From Octopus bimaculoides (lineage: Eukaryota): 64,000 nt of DNA. How positions within the stretch are numbered: position 1 is the first letter of the stretch; every line of letters begins with the position of its first letter. The position numbers were made by a program, and so were the translations under genes. The DNA lies in NCBI RefSeq assembly GCF_001194135.2, contig NC_068990.1, positions 10,173,185 through 10,237,184 of the forward strand, read 5' to 3'. Under the pieces are notes generated by a model. The model searched no databases, was not told the origin of the DNA, and saw nothing but the letters and a program-made list of their open reading frames with translations. Shown piece after piece: positions 1 through 13,037 of this stretch.

Positions 1-24
1 CGAATACTCAAGGAGAGAGGAAAT

Positions 25-600
25 GATAAGTATTCACACAGTAGTCGTAGATATTAAAGTTTTTTTTTGTTTTTGTTTTTTTAAGCTGATCGTTTGTGTG
101 TTCGTAAGCTGTAGGTATATAAGTTTCCTGATTTATTTTATTCGGAGGGAGCTTCAAAATATTCACAGGAAATTGCAGATATTCCAGTCTTTGGGAATAG
201 TAGGAGCAATAGATGTTCACCACGTTGGATTTTTGAATTCAGAATTTTTCCTTTTGGAATTTTTCTTTTCTTCTTAAAAGATTTACTGTGGTTTATAGTT
301 ATTGTAGTTGTGCAGTATGTATACATTGGCAGGTGCTTATTTCCTTAAGTTTTGATCGTGCGTTTAATTGTGTTGTTACAATAAAAGCATGTTTACATAT
401 TCTGTTAGTCAGGGAACAAGGGAAGACAAAATATTCACAGAAAAATGGAGATATGAAAGATACTAATTTTTTTTTTTTTGCGACGTTCGTTTTTATGTCC
501 AAAGCTGTAGATATATTAAGTTGCTTAACTTATTTGAGGGAAATTCAAAATACTTACAGAAGACTGTAGCTATTCCAGTCTTTTTGAGTTATTTTTTCAG
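25..600. repeat. Degenerate ~120-150 bp tandem repeat (4-5 copies)
   Basis: The motif (a)aaatattcacagNaaNtgNagatatt recurs at ~30, ~158, ~429 and ~548, with a weaker copy at ~280. Segments 31-237 and 431-597 align by eye (aagctgtag.tatat.aagtt...gaggga...ttcaaaata.t.acag...tattccagtcttt). Confidence 0.6.
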
Positions 601-723
601 TTGTTTTGCTGTGTTATATTAGTGTTTCTGTGTCTTCAGCTGCTGACAGTTCAGAGCGGCGATGAACTCGTCCAGCCTCTGACAGGTCAGAGCAGCGAAG
701 AACACGTCCAGTCACTGTCACCT

Positions 724-724
724 C

Positions 725-779
<55 letters not shown>

Positions 780-824
780 CTTCTTCTTCTTCTTTTTCTT
801 CTTCTTCTTCTTCTTCTTCTTCTT

Positions 825-883
<59 letters not shown>

Positions 884-899
884 GATTATTATCTTGTTT
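724..899. repeat. Compound trinucleotide microsatellite (ATT)n-(ATC)n-(TTC)n-(TTA)n
   Basis: Directly visible; it explains the poly-L/F and poly-K/N ORFs. Confidence 0.97.
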
Positions 900-1145
900 T
901 TGCACAGCTTCTAACGTTAGAGATGTACTACGGTGCCAACAGCTCACAACCACTGAACTAAGGTAACATCCCTTATTTTTCGAGTACCTTCCGGGGTATT
1001 CGAGCGGTTCCATGCAGTGCTGTTTTCTCAAGTGCTCCACGCTTATTGCAACCCCTATTTTTTCCCTGTACTTCTCAAGATTTTTACTCACTGTTCACAG
1101 GGCTGCGACAATTATTTTTTCTACTACCACGTTCCAAACATTCAC
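900..1145 (-). mobile_element. 3' end of an R4/Dong-like (RLE-type) non-LTR retrotransposon, degraded
   Basis: The minus strand reads WNVVVEKIIVAAL*TVSKNLEKYREKIGVAISVEHLRK/TALHGTARIPRKVLEK* (one frameshift; stop at 973-975). This matches the RLE C-terminal signature IVxGALG...LQKTALLGTARILRKVL. A ~75-nt 3' UTR runs into (AAT)n. Confidence 0.8.
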
Positions 1146-1736
1146 TGAATAGTGTTCTCTAATGAGCAATCTTTCCATTCTAAGAGTGGGGGATTAAGAA
1201 ATCAAGTTCTTAATGCCATGATAATGGTCATGGTACAAATTCTATTACTTTGCCATTGCACCGGAATATAAACATAATTAAGTATATGATAATTATATAC
1301 ATCAACAACATCACTATGAAATATACACAGAATGATAGAAAAAACGAGTTTGAATAAACAATAAATTATAAGTTAAGGAATTATAAATGAGATATTAAGG
1401 ACGTGTAACTATATGAAAGAGAACTGGAGAATACACAATGTTATAGTTCATAAAAGAAAAAAAGAGAATATCTTTATTAAACTATTGGAATTTTGTGACG
1501 CACCATAATTCTTTGTTATTCTTCTAAAATGAGATAGGAAGTTATCGAAAACTGAATGCCAACAGATATCTGTACGACATAAAATGACCCTTATGCGAGT
1601 TTATTGCACATTTTGACTGAATGTCTACAATTCAGGAATCATTAAACCAGTGTTTACAAAAATATTTTTTATCAATATCAGAGCAGTACATGTCAGCAGG
1701 AAATCGAAATAAAGTTTTATGTAGAACACTACAAAA

Positions 1737-1801
<65 letters not shown>

Positions 1802-2035
1802 GTTTTAGGGAAAATAACCAATTTTGATTTTAATTGAGTTTTTTACCTGTAATTTTGGATTTTGTCCCTAATAATATTATTATATATATGTATATATATA
1901 CGTATATATATATATGTGTGTGTATATATATATACGCACAAACACATGTATATATATAAATATATGTATAAATATATACATATATATGTATACACGTATA
2001 CATACAAATACATCTATAATATAATGTGTATGTGT
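1737..2035. repeat. (TA)n and degenerate TA/TG/CA dinucleotide field
   Basis: Directly visible. Confidence 0.9.
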
Positions 2036-4283
2036 GTGTTGACATGTATAGATATATGTCAGTGTATATATGACGGAAATGTCTTGCGCAACGTTAATAT
2101 ATAAATATAGTCACACAATCACACGATGAAATGCTACAACACTACTACACAACCACGCACTACACATTAACATATTTCCTTCTGAAAAACCTCCTCAATG
2201 CATGTAAGTGGGTGAGTGTATTTTTTGTGTAAGTGTGTGTGTGTTTAATGTGTGTGTGGAAATTGCTACATGTTTCTTTTTATGATCAGTTCGGTATTCA
2301 TCGTCACAGATCTCCTTAAGTGATTTTCTGTATATTTACTTTCCAAATATATATCCACGTTGCTTAATGTGTTTCACATTGTATTTGATCAGGCAATTTA
2401 AAAGGAAACTATGCATAAAGCTATTTATCTCATGCAGTATTTCGAATTACTCTAACTCATAATATTATAATCCGTAATGTTTCCGGATATTGCTCATTTA
2501 ATTTAAATATCATAAAGACACGTTGAGGGTATACGCAGGTGTTACCTGTATACAAGTTCACACGTTGTTTTTCAAACCTCATGTAGATAACTAGACTGAG
2601 CATACATGAAACCTATTCATTTTTTTTAAAAATCAGATATTGAACATTTATGTTTGATCGTTTAAAAAAAAAACAAGAAACTGCTTGTTTTCTTTTTTAA
2701 TTCAGTGACATTTCTACCTTGATAATACCAGATTTAACAACTCATACAATAAGATACTGGGTGTCAAAAGCTCTTCTGCTTTCCTCAGGTTGACATAAAC
2801 CAGTCATATCATTAAGTTTTGTATCGTACATAAAGTTGTGTATCGTACACAACTTTATTACGGTTGACTTCAGTTCCAGGCCCCTGTGACTCATTCATGA
2901 AGTGCAAGCTATACGAACTCAAACTGAAATACCTATTTCGAATTTTTACCTCAAGCATAATGCATTTGCTTTTAGAGATCTGGAATAACAATTATCTATG
3001 TTTTAATAATTCAGAAGCAGCAAATGTACCACTGCGAAATATAACGCTTTTAACTGAATTAAGTCATTATTCGTCACTGAATTCTATCAGAAGACATAAG
3101 AATAAGTTTGAATGCTATATTTTACGTATCAACAATTGCAGACGGTCTAAGTGTTTGTATTAAAAACAAGGAATACTGATATTATCATCTTTGTTTAGAT
3201 GATACAGAATGTGTGATGTTGGCGTATTCGGGAAGATCTTTCTAAACGTGTATAAAGTGCTGTGGCAGAAATCTTAGTAAAATAAAGTTATATATTTCGT
3301 GGACAATTACGTACAACCAATGAGAAAAATATGCAGTGAGATCTCAATTAGATACTCAGTATCAATCCTTATCGCTGATGTAGAAATGGGGCATGCAAAC
3401 AGAGAAGAAAATAAAATAATTGAACGTTCATATTACATGCTCAATTCAATATATGACAATGAAGTTTGAGAGGAATGAAATCAAAGATTATGAAATATAC
3501 AGTAAAAGTAAATTAGTAAGAGTTGAAAACATGGTCTTATTCTATACTAAAGCGACGTGAAATTTATAAACTAATGCGGAAATAGTTACGTATTGCAAAT
3601 ATTCAGAGAAAATATAACCAACACTATGTGATAGAATAGTGCCAATTTGTCAGCATTTCTTTCGACAAACATACGTTGGTGTTCATTACTTATAATCCAT
3701 GAACGCATCTTAATGAATCGATGCTTGAAGCGAACCCTATCCTCTGATGATATTTTTTTCTTTGACAATGTAATTATAGCTGCATGTGAACACAAAATAC
3801 TTCAAAGCAATCTCAGAAGTTACTAAATATGCACATGTAAGAAACTAATACTGCAGTTTACGGTATACACCAAACAAATATATACACAAACAAATGATGC
3901 TCAGGCAAGCAAACACGCAAATAGACATACATGGAGTTATGCATATATAATGAATTTACGTATGTATCTAAGGCACATAGATACACACACACACGCGCAC
4001 ACACACAGAGACACACACATATATTAAAAGTATATTTATATATATTCTATAAGTACATGTGTAGGTATGTATACCTATGTATATACACAGGCACATAATG
4101 TTGTTTTTAAGTGTATAACAGCATGATGCATACTTGGTAGATACATAGCTACCTAATTAGAAGTGCAAAAACATACGTATATACGCCGTCCATGATTATA
4201 TTTCCTCCCATTCTCAGATTTATTATTACCTATGATATTATTTTTAGCACCATCGTCATCAACATTATCATCATGATCCTCTC

Positions 4284-4576
<293 letters not shown>

Positions 4577-4775
4577 TATGCAGTAATACTCCGAGGACGA
4601 ATGTGCAAAGCTATCGCTTAGTTAGTTGAAGTCAGAGAGGCGGATAGAGAAAGAGATAGATATTAGAGCTGAGGCGCACAAAAATGGAAATCTATTAGGG
4701 TATAAGTTTAATAATTAATTGGTGGAAGGTAATGAGAAAAAGGATTAAAAGAATGCATTGGGCGTAGAGGGCGAG

Positions 4776-4794
4776 GGAGAGAGAGAGAGAGAGC

Positions 4795-4831
<37 letters not shown>

Positions 4832-4848
4832 TATAATTGTGATGAAGC

Positions 4849-4888
<40 letters not shown>

Positions 4889-4914
4889 TAATAAAGAAAG
4901 ACAGAAAGAAAGAT

Positions 4915-4949
<35 letters not shown>

Positions 4950-5090
4950 AGGAATGAAAGAAAGAAAGAAAGAAAGGAAGGAAATAAGGAAGAAAGAAAG
5001 AAAGGAAGGGATGAAGAAAGAAAGAAAGAAAGAAAGAAAAGAAGGGAAGAATGAAAAGAAAAAAGAAAGAAAAGAAAGAAAGAAAGAAAG
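4776..5090. repeat. (GA)n followed by (AAAG)n/(GAAG)n purine tract
   Basis: Directly visible. Confidence 0.95.
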
Positions 5091-7145
5091 TGCGTGTGTT
5101 TATTGTAGTTTTACCGTTAATGTGGATGTTTGCACGATCTCTAAAATTAAAAGACTCTGAAAACTATATAATTCTTTCTCAGAATCTGGAAGCAAGGCAA
5201 TCCAATTTCTATTTCACTCTCTCTGAGTGTTCCAAAATGTAAATATCCTTTTCATTGCAAAAGTGCTACTGTATTCTCCAACTGGACAGACAAATGAACA
5301 TCTCAAGAAAACCTAAAAACTTTAATATATTATCCAATTACGTAAACACACTTTATTGCAGCAACACAATTGAATTCAGAAATTCAAAAATTCAACGACG
5401 TGAATATCAGTATATGTGTGTGTGTGTGTGGTTGTGTGTGTTTGTGTGTGTGTGTGTGTGTGCTGTGTGTGTGTGTATGTGTGTGTGTACTTATATGTAT
5501 ATATGTGTGTGCGTGTGTGTGTATTGTTATATTATTATTATTATTGTTTTTTTTTTCTACCAGTAATTACAAATAGTACAATTTGAATTGTTTGTTTTCA
5601 AGGCAGGGCTCCCATTAACCACTGGTAGTGGTAAACACATTTGACCACTCCTGATCTGAAGGGTGTGAAGAGACCTTTGGCTGTACGGCTGACCTCTCCA
5701 CCAACTGCCGAATCTATTTATAAACCTGTAGATTATGATCTATTCTCCAAACTGCTACCCAACGTTTCCCTAAAACAATGATGGTGGTGATAGGCTAAAC
5801 TGGCAATTTGACCGTCCCCAAATACAGCAATATCTGTTTAAACACACGAATCTAGAAAAACGAATATATGTATCGTAACAAACATAATTCATTTGTTTTG
5901 GTAGCTGTTGCTCTTTTCGGTATATATTTGTTTGATCAGTCGGACACTCACACACAATCGTATGAGCGAAACTATATAATTTGGGACATGGTATAGATAT
6001 ACATTAGTTAATGTATTCTCCTTTTCAAATAATTAGTAATGATTTTAACGATGCATTCTAAATTCTTTTTTTGCTGAAAAGCCACTTCTTATAGAATGTA
6101 AGTTCGCTTACTTCTTTATATTTTATGGAAAATTGACATGTAGGCGTATTAGTAGAGGTCTTTTATAAACCTAATATACACACACACATAGATATGTATA
6201 TATATACATATCAAAGCACGTTTGTGTGTGTATGTGTGTGGGTGCACAACGAAATATGTTCAGATTTCAATTACTTTTTGAGAGAGAAACGTTTGCCTCA
6301 CCAATATTACACAGAAAACAATATTTGTTTCATAATGTATAATATATATATTTGTATTTTAAATTATGTACCGCTTTTTCTATAATAATCAACATATCAA
6401 ATATATAAAATCAAATATAAGACAAGTAAATCAGTAAAACGTTTCTAAAATAAGGTCATACGTTAATGCATGCTTCTTTACTCACAATAACAAATACTTG
6501 AAAATCTACAAGAACATGTGAGTTTTTCAGCATGTGTTTCAGTGTATGTTTGTATGTGCATGTGTATGTATGTGTGTGTGTGCGTGTGTGTGCGTGTGCA
6601 TGCGCGCAGGTGTGTATGTACGTGATTATGCCCGTTTCGATGTGCTTGTGTCTGTATACACTGAAATCTTTCTTCACTCTATTTTACAAGTATTAATTCA
6701 CACTCTTTGCAATATTGCTATTTTGTAACATAGAAAAGAAATCAAACATAAAAAGTAGCACGGATGGAATGGAGAGAGAGACATAAAAGCCAGCAAGTTA
6801 CTGAAAATAAACAAATACGATGACCGTAAGTGCAACAAAAGGAAAATACTAAACATAAAAATAATAGCTCTCATAATTTGAGAGAAATTTTCAAAAATAC
6901 ACGTTTCAAAAATACATTCGAAAACTGAGCGTCCGATTTTGACGCATGAAGTATTAAAAGATTCAGTGTGGGTAGCGAACAATGTTCATCATCACACACG
7001 TTTGCTTGAATCGATTAGTATTCTCCTATTCTGCTTAGATTAGGTACAACAAGTGCATAATTAATATTCTAGTTAACTGCTCACCGTAATTGTTTATAGC
7101 TGGAATTTCAAAAATATAACCCATGGGTTATATTGATTAACACCC

Positions 7146-7223
<78 letters not shown>

Positions 7224-7322
7224 CTTTAATTGAATCGCACGCATCCATTTCCAAGTATGTATGTATATATATATATATGTATAGTTGGAAGTGGATGCGT
7301 GGCATTCAATATATATATATAT

Positions 7323-7663
7323 GGAGACCCCCTTCGGTCATCAATGACCATGGGATTGCACCTAGAATGTTACCCTCCAAGGCACAAGTCCGGGCAAGGT
7401 TGTTTATGGAAGATCAGCAGTCCCCCATGTATAACAGCCCCTCCTATCCACGCCACCGATGTTATCCAAGGGAATGGCAAAGCCGTTACAGCTTGGCAAA
7501 TGTGACGTCGCAACACATTTCTACAGCTGAGTGAACTGGAACAACGCGAAACAAAGTATTTTGCTCATGAACACAACACGCAGCCCCGTAGGGGATTTGA
7601 TTCGAACTCATAACCTGACGGTCGTAAGATGGACTTTCTATCCACTGAGCAATGCGCCTTCAC
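7323..7663 (-). mobile_element. tRNA-derived SINE (cephalopod-type family 1, long body)
   Basis: Minus-strand head gtgaaggcgcattgctcagtggatag...gagttcgaatc has pol III A and B boxes. The body aactggaacaacgcgaaacaaagtattttgctcatgaacacaac resembles 38990-39040 and 33015-33045. The 3' end runs into (TA)n. Confidence 0.8.
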
Positions 7664-7819
7664 AATATAATTTATGTTTGTGTGTGTTTGCGGTGCGTAT
7701 ACACATAAACCAAAGGATAATACTACGCCCAACATCGCTTTTTTTTTGACAATTTATTACTTCTTTTCTTCGTCTTCTTCCTCATTTGGTAATATAAATA
7801 TTACTATTATTTTGCCCGT

Positions 7820-8017
7820 TATTCGTAGCACACTGAAAACATATTTAGGCCTCTTTTCGCCCGTTGTCTTAACAATGTAAGTGCAAATTCCGGAGAAGTC
7901 GACTTCGCCGGTCGCCCTTTCGTGACTGATTAAATAAGTACGTGTGTATGACTGGGGACTCTAAATCAACGTCCCCCTCCAATTAAACACTGGTGGCCCA
8001 GTTCCGAAATTTGAAAG
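7820..8017 (+). mobile_element. tRNA-derived SINE (family 2), diverged
   Basis: caaattccg..gaagtcgactt...cctttcg...aaataagtac...actgggg is the reverse complement of motifs seen at 28505-28601 and 33505-33665. Confidence 0.6.
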
Positions 8018-8369
8018 CAAAATTGATTGTTGTTTCTCTTTTTGATATTTATTTTCATCATTATTTCTGTATGCCTGGCAGATCTTGAATAGCTCAAGTT
8101 TTGGAAATCACTTGTATTTTACTTAATGTGAGATGTTTTTCTTATTCTTCAATAACGTGCCCTGGGACGAAATGTACCAACTATGCTTAAACATGTTTGG
8201 CTCACATCACTCGCAGATATTTTAAGAATATACCGATCAGGATTTACCATCCTGAATATTTGTCAATAGTGTGTTAAGAGAAGAAATATAATCTCCCATG
8301 GAAAGAAACTTGGAAAGACAAAAAGAAACACGCTTTGGTAAATCTCAATGCGACGGTTTCTCTCTTGAC

Positions 8370-8740
8370 TGTAGAAAGTCTATGGGCATTATAACTAGTA
8401 TGACTTCACTGAACTAATTGAGAGTATGTAACATCATAAAAGGAATATCTAAAACTGCAGAAATAATGAGATTAAGTATAACAATAACTAGTTAAGAAGA
8501 ATAACAACTAAAAGTATGAGGATGATATAATACTGAGAGATGAGACAAAAGAAAACTAACTGTGTATTTAGCAACATGCTTAGAAGGTAAATGGAAGAAA
8601 TCAAGTAGACATTCTTTATAATACTGTTGACACCATGACGCTTTATCTTCCGAAGAAAATAACATCCACAAGATATAAGAACATTAATTTGAAGTTGTAT
8701 GACTGGAACAGATGTGAAACGTGTACCAACTAGGCATAAC
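8370..8740 (+). mobile_element. Highly degraded 3' part of an RTE-clade LINE
   Basis: Translation LRV...QLKV*G*...LEGKWKKSSRH resembles the RTE C-terminal motifs QLxFxGH and EGKRxRGRxR; many stops. Confidence 0.45.
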
Positions 8741-9177
8741 GCAGATACAAAATAGGATATGTGGAAATATACGTCATGTAGTCTCTTGTGGCACTTAAGT
8801 AGTAATTAAGAGACGCATATCTTGTAAAGTTTAAATCACATGACGGAGGAGCAATCTGAATGAGCTTTGCTAATTTAATATAATAGTTACCTCTACTGTT
8901 CAATATTGAAGAGGTAACAGGAAATTATAATCATATAATTGCAAAAATGATTATGCCACGTAGAATGTCAACGGTAAATACTATTCACAGGTATCGTTCC
9001 AAGAAACCTGTCATGTACTAATACTAATATTCAAAAGGTAACGTATGGCAATTACCGCTCGGAGGAAACATGAATAATGAAGTTCAACTGCAATGTTTCA
9101 TAATCCTCCGAGAAAGGAGTGTATATGACTGAAATGAGAAATAAAATATAGAATGAAAAAAAAATTAAAGTACCATA

Positions 9178-9845
9178 CAGGGTATCAAAAGGCTATATCG
9201 TGATTTTTGCTCAATGTTTTGTGAACATTATAAATGTTGTAATACATGACGTGGACATCATGAAACCCAAGTAACCCTTAAGTGTAACGGTTTTGGGTAT
9301 GTTTCCAGTAAGGGTGACGTCATGTCATTCCACATTAGACGGCTACTGGATAATGTGGCCAAAGCCTGGATGGAGAGGATTGCTGCTGGAAGTCGATAAG
9401 TGTGATAGCAGGATTCGGCTAGTTGTCATACCTATGGAAAAAGTAAGATGTGGTAGTCGGAGAATGTCTACAACTCTATCAGCCTCTATTTCTAGGCCCT
9501 ACTTGCACCGAGTTTAATCGCATGGATTACAATGCGTGGGGGCGCGGGTGAAAAAGATAGCAACCGCACTCTTAGCAATTCTAAGACGAAACTGGTGGCT
9601 AAGATTAAGGATATGTACGAAGATCTAACCAATGTGCCAAGCTCTGATGCAGTCTTGAGAACATGGTGGAAGCTGACGGCAGATAGCTTGAGTAAAAATA
9701 TCATCTCCCAGCCAAAATCAATTTGATATTTATTGATATATTGAAAATAACGTTCTTTTCCTAAATTGTTTTTTTACTTTCTCTTTTATTCAAACTATGA
9801 AATTTAGCACGAACACGCTGTACTTTAAACTCAATACACCATGCT
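9178..9845 (+). mobile_element. Tc1/mariner maT(DD37D)-like transposon remnant, internally deleted
   Basis: Reads AKAWMERIAAGSR*V**QDSASCHTYGKSKMW*SENVYN...FNRMDYNAWGA.EKDSNRT...LVAKIK, matching the catalytic-domain motifs WQQDSAPCH and NPMDYxxWG. Possible TIR start ta|cagggt at ~9178. Element ends are approximate. Confidence 0.75.
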
Positions 9846-10159
9846 GCAGGAAATATCTTTGAAAATCACTCTTGTATTTCTCCCGTTTGCTGCTCGGTTA
9901 GATAGCATCTGAATTAAATCCTTTGATGTTCTGCTCTTCGTATAGTACACATTCAGTCTCCCAAACTGACGCATTTCTTGTAATGAAACTTTTACAGTCG
10001 CCTTTAAATGTATATATGTATATACTTATCTAGCTATCTATCTATCTGTCTGTCTGTCTGTCTGTCTGCCTGTCTATTTATCTAACAGAAATGCGTATAT
10101 ATATATACATATGTGTGTGTGTGTGCGTGTGTGTTTATGAGTGTGTGCGTGCGTACATA

Positions 10160-11400
10160 TATGAGGTTCATTAAAAAGTAAGCAATGTTTTGAACCATGA
10201 AGAATTTGTACCGTATTTTTGCAGATTTTAAATTATTTGAAACGTGTTTTTTTGTTTTTTTAAAATATTTTTTGCAAATGTCTGATAATACAGACATAGA
10301 TTTCTAGCTGCAATACATCAATAAATTAACATTGATATATTTTTCACCATTGTTATAATCATCTGAAAAAGAACTGTCAAAGCGCGATATGGGAGTAATT
10401 TTCTATTCAACTTAAAAAAAGAACATAAAGCAGCTGAAATCGCGATATCAACGAAACGTTTCCTGAGGAAATGACCAGTGAGTGGAGAGTTCGAAAATGT
10501 TCAAACTATATCGCAGTCGAGCCCTGAGCCATGAAGATTGTGAGCGTATTAGACGCCCGTCTCTCATCGATGACGTTCAATTCAAGACCGACGTCTTGAG
10601 AAAGATCCGCGTAAAACCACTCAAGAACTGGGAAAAGAAATTCACGTTAGCCAAAAAAGTGTCTGCAACCATTTGCTTGCGACGAGAAAAAAAAAAGAAA
10701 GCTCGACAAATTGGTACCACTCGATTTGAATGAAAATCAGAAAGTGCGCAGATATGAAATATTCTGGTCAGTTCTTCTCTGTAAACAGACCGATCCATTT
10801 CTCGGCTGAATCATAACTTGCGATGAGATGCAAATTGTGTACGGTAATGAAACACGTTTTTCGCAGTGGTTAGACCAAAATGGAGCACTGAAAACTTTCC
10901 CTGAAACCAAGCTCTTCAAAAACAATGTGCTGGTGAATTTTGGGGTTGTACTGCTCGACTCCTCCAATAAAACTTCTTAAAACCCGGAAAAAACATTACT
11001 GCAGAAACATATTGCCATGAAATTGCAAAACTGAACGAAAAGTTGCTACTTCTCCGTTCCAGACGGGTCAAGAGATAAGGGCCAATCATTCTTCATGCTA
11101 ATGCTCAACCACACGTTTCACTATTGACGCTCCAGAAGTTGAGGGAACTTGACTACAACGTTCTTCGCCACGCAGCTTATTCCACACATATTTCTCCTAC
11201 CGACAACCACATTTACAAGCACCTTGATGGCTTCCTGCAAGAGATGGAGTAAAAAAATTAAGCTGATGCTGAAAGTGTTTTCAAAGAGTTCATCAGCTCT
11301 AGAACTCCAGACTTTTTATGCTGACGGAATAAACAAACTTGTAACCCGTTGGTAAAAACGTGTTGTCTGTAATGGTACTTAATTTGCTGAATAAAATTTC
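10160..11400 (+). mobile_element. Near full-length mariner transposon, transposase pseudogene
   Basis: Across frameshifts: HKAAE...RPS.IDD...DPRKTTQEL...KLDK(W)VP(H)DL.ENQK...PFLG.IITCDE...WLD...LHANAQPHV...AYSTHISPTDNHIYKHLD...FYADGINKLVTRW. These are WVPHEL-, DE-, DNA- and YSPDLAPxD-like motifs. The 3' end abuts an N-gap. Confidence 0.92.
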
Positions 11401-12998
11401 CACATAGCTAAAATATATGTATACATATATANNNNNNNNNNNNNNNNNNNNNNNNNNNNNNNNNNNNNNNNNNNNNNNNNNNNNNNNNNNNNNNNNNNNN
11501 NNNNNNNNNNNNNNNNNNNNNNNNNNNNNNNNNNNNNNNNNNNNNNNNNNNNNNNNNNNNNNNNNNNNNNNNNNNNNNNNNNNNNNNNNNNNNNNNNNNN
11601 NNNNNNNNNNNNNNNNNNNNNNNNNNNNNNNNNNNNNNNNNNNNNNNNNNNNNNNNNNNNNNNNNNNNNNNNNNNNNNNNNNNNNNNNNNNNNNNNNNNN
11701 NNNNNNNNNNNNNNNNNNNNNNNNNNNNNNNNNNNNNNNNNNNNNNNNNNNNNNNNNNNNNNNNNNNNNNNNNNNNNNNNNNNNNNNNNNNNNNNNNNNN
11801 NNNNNNNNNNNNNNNNNNNNNNNNNNNNNNNNNNNNNNNNNNNNNNNNNNNNNNNNNNNNNNNNNNNNNNNNNNNNNNNNNNNNNNNNNNNNNNNNNNNN
11901 NNNNNNNNNNNNNNNNNNNNNNNNNNNNNNNNNNNNNNNNNNNNNNNNNNNNNNNNNNNNNNNNNNNNNNNNNNNNNNNNNNNNNNNNNNNNNNNNNNNN
12001 NNNNNNNNNNNNNNNNNNNNNNNNNNNNNNNNNNNNNNNNNNNNNNNNNNNNNNNNNNNNNNNNNNNNNNNNNNNNNNNNNNNNNNNNNNNNNNNNNNNN
12101 NNNNNNNNNNNNNNNNNNNNNNNNNNNTATATATATATATATATATATATGGCTGAAATAGCTAGCAGTTGGATTGACTTGTAAACTGAATAGTAGAAGA
12201 GAGAAAGATTGCTCAGGTGAGCCCTTAACCAAAGTACGACACATGTTACAAGAAAAAGAAAAACAAGAAACGATATCTGATTGAACCACCTGTGGGTTTA
12301 TCTGCTACAGTTTGTATATGTATGCGTTTGTGTACGTGTGTGCGTGTGCACCTGTTTATGTGTATGTGTGTATCTATTTTCTATATTCGTGCGTGTGTGC
12401 GCATTAGTATGCGTGTGATTGCATATGTGTGAGCTGGCATAAACATCAGTGTAACTAATATATTTGAGGAAACATTTTTTCTCTTCACCACACATTTATT
12501 GCATAGCTTGCAGGATTGATACGTAGATATTTCTACATTCTGTAAGTGTTGAAATTAATAGCGCCCGGTTCTGCTCTATACATAATTCAAAATGACAAAT
12601 ACACTTGAATATAATTGCATTACACAGATCCGAGCAACTGAAATATTTATTTAAGTACAAATTATGTCTTTCCATTATTAAAATCTAAATACCTGTAAAC
12701 ACGGAAATTGTGCAGTACCTATGAGCAGGAAAACATGGTTACATTCATGTTTATACTATCACACAACGCACACACACATACACGCACAAACACACACACA
12801 CACACGCGCGTATATGTATATGTATATATATATANNNNNNNNNNNNNNNNNNNNNNNNNNNNNNNNNNNNNNNNNNNNNNNNNNNNNNNNNNNNNNNNNN
12901 NNNNNNNNNNNNNNNNNNNNNNNNNNNNNNNNNNNNNNNNNNNNNNNNNNNNNNNNNNNNNNNNNNNNNNNNNNNNNNNNNNNNNNNNNNNNNNNNNN

Positions 12999-13037
<39 letters not shown>

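Noticed and set aside
601-1091. Homopolymer and dipeptide ORFs (poly-L/F/K/N/I/R, YI, CV, HT) here and throughout
   Set aside because: They are translations of microsatellites.
5590-5770. GC-richer island, possibly a repeat or structured RNA
   Set aside because: No second copy, TIR, ORF or convincing fold identified.
7590-7663. tRNA genes at SINE heads
   Set aside because: No intact cloverleaf; they continue into SINE bodies.
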